A stretch of 59,265 nt of DNA, filler included, from Dirinaria sp. TL-2023a (lineage: Eukaryota): assembly GCA_051941275.1 (NCBI GenBank). It is 3 parts of 3 records of this genome, joined end to end, with 100 filler letters (N's around TTAATTAATTAA, not from the genome) between each part and the next. Parts side by side here need not be neighbours in the genome. Positions count along the whole stretch, not along the records: positions 39,590 to 59,265 come from JAVEBF010000319.1; 2 more parts are not named here. The stretch is one strand, 5' to 3'. Below are positions 57,231 through 59,265 of the stretch, one piece after another. The notes beneath the pieces are model-generated. The model saw only the letters and a list, made by a program, of their open reading frames with translations, did not search any database and was not told the origin of the DNA. The position numbers were made by a program, and so were the translations under genes. Every line of letters starts with the position of its first letter. The stretch's first letter is position 1.

Positions 57231-59265
57231 GCAAAAGAGAAAAGTATAGAGAACTGCACACTATGCTAGGCTCTAGATTTTGGTTTACGTGCGCCACGGG
57301 CTACCAAAACCGTCGAAGTCAGCACAATAGCCACCAATTCAGACTGACAGCTGCAGCGATCCAGCACTACTCTGACTTGGTTTGGGATCACCCAAAGGAA
57401 AAGCCTTGAAACGTGGTGCGCAATATTCTCATCCCCCACTCATCAGATCTGAAACGCGTAGTGGTCATCTCTAAATTCCAAAGTAGGCATCCTCACTCCG
57501 CAATTGGTATTCCTCCATATCTTACAGCCATCCTTAAAGATCAAAAGCGGTCAATAACTCCGATTCAATTGATCATTGGAAATATTGCAACGCGTAATTG
57601 TATCTCAACGATGGTCTCGCAGATCCTCCATCCTTTTAAAGCCATACGAATGCTGAATCAGGTGCGACGAGCTAACATACCATCCATCATATCCGCTATG
57701 CAAGCCTTCCTCCTTTCTATCTTTCGTTGCTACTTGTGCTTACTCGCGACTGCCAATGGGCTAGAGGGAGACTGGACATGTCGTCGAGCCCAATGGATGA
57801 GTCCCTCCGAAACGTGGTGGGCTACACCGTGATCCGGAAAACTATGGAAGCCGACGCTGACGATCAGCGCTATGCGTATTCTTCATACTGTACAGTAGAC
57901 GATCTGGGATGTGGTCATGAGGCTTGCAATGCACGGGCATCAGAGACGTCTGCGCTTCCAAAATCTCCGACCCGAGACTGATCTGCACCACATGGCGAAT
58001 CATGTGCGATTTGCGACTTGCGACGGGTTGGCTTCACTAACACCATTGTCTCGGGACAGACCGGTTCTGCAGTCAGTCTGTCACGTTGACGATGAAGCGT
58101 ATAAAACCACATTCGAAGGGTCGTTACCGGCTCGGGACCAATCAGCGCATTGGTCGCCTTGGTTTGCCTTGAGACAGAGCGACTTCTTCTGCAAGTACTC
58201 CTCGTTACCGAATTTCACTATCGATAGTGGTTCCCAAGCCTTTGGGATCTCCGTTGATGACGGATCGATTTATTCGGTGACACTTGGCAACTAGCAATGT
58301 GAAGGGGGAAATGCGCCTTTCCCAACCCCAACATCACGGCATCTCGATCAAGATTATCAACGAGTGCGAGTAAGCATAATTTAGTTAAGATTCCTACGGG
58401 ACAAGACCCGTGGGGTGGTGCGGATAAACCGATGATCGATTAGCTAGCGGCTTGCAGTCACGGGCCCTTTTTGAGTGGCATCGAGTATCTCTAATTGTCA
58501 ATAGTTTATGATGCTCGGTCTGAAACTCGGTAAACCTGCTGAGTATCAAAGTAATACGAGGTTAGAGGTTTCTCACTACTACATCCAGCAACTCTTTAAC
58601 ATAGCCACCTTGGTCAGCGCACCACATGATGTTTTGCATGGTTCTAATCAGGATTACAGTTGCGGAGATCTTCACAGAATTAGGCATCTTGGTCATCCTC
58701 TGTTGCAATCAATTGTCCCAAGTATGCATGTGCCGCACACGCAAGCCCTGTATTCGTCATGCTTCTCGATCCGCTTACGGCGCCACCATGCAAGGAGTTC
58801 TTCTCTGACAGTGGTGCCTGAAAGTTCTTCGCGTTCTGTACGGTGACCGCATTGAGAAATTAATGCTCCAGGAAGGCAAAGGCTATGACAGGTGAAAACT
58901 TTGAATGCTTTGCTACTCATTCCTGTACTTCGCACGACACGGTCTATCATACTGCGTCTCAAGCGGCTGCAGATGAGAAGCAGCCCTCAAAATGATTAAA
59001 TGCCTGGACTACTTGATACTTTTATCGTGGGGTCTAGCCTATTGACCACTTGATGGATTCAGTGAACCCATTTCTCTTCTAGGCTACTTTAATTGAGAAA
59101 AAATGATGGATTTAGACTATCCGTCTGTCGAATGAAACCAACAGAACCTGCTACAATCCTATTTGAAAAAGTCTTTGTTCTTTCGCACGCTCTCGCATAC
59201 AATGCTCTAAGTCTATTCCACACAAATCATCCTATATTCCGTAACCCCACAGGCCTCCACCTCCT

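Noticed and set aside
57066..57269. Poly-lysine ORF
   Set aside because: Translation artefact of the (GAAAAA)n microsatellite.
1..59265. tRNA/rRNA genes
   Set aside because: No cloverleaf with A/B boxes or rRNA-like sequence was recognised by eye; the GGTTCGA at about 56163 lacks tRNA context. tRNAscan-SE or Infernal would be decisive.

Overview
Genomic DNA from a filamentous ascomycete (Pezizomycotina), inferred from the gene families and the short GT-AG introns with CTRAY branch points. Two artificial 100-bp N spacers containing TTAATTAATTAA (19708-19807, 39490-39589) split the window into three segments whose adjacency is unproven. Segment 1 carries mostly conserved genes: TBC RabGAP, DENN protein, BCD1, an NTF2/SnoaL-like protein, an SDR with a PTS2 signal, a secreted cell-wall protein and a low-complexity protein. 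Segment 3 is housekeeping: the 3' end of a dynactin p27-like gene missed by the ORF track, MLP1/Tpr, TFA2, COQ3, MSF1, MGE1, a Cys-rich/CBM12-like protein and a Uds1-domain protein. The middle segment starts with one conserved membrane-protein gene and then looks accessory. It holds an F-box/LRR-like gene with a reading-frame break and a probable decayed inverted paralogue. It also holds a kinase fused to an NLR-type helical N-terminal domain, a HeLo-like-ankyrin-TM protein without a NACHT domain, a membrane-anchored fucose-lectin-like propeller, a divergent ribokinase and a fructosamine kinase. Four copies of an ~220-bp TA-flanked MITE family are interspersed. The best candidates for new biology are this putative immunity/non-self recognition island, including the MLKL-like helical-domain-kinase fusion, and a PAM2 motif plus FG-like repeats in the Mlp1/Tpr tail. 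All family assignments come from motif recognition by eye; no database search was run.
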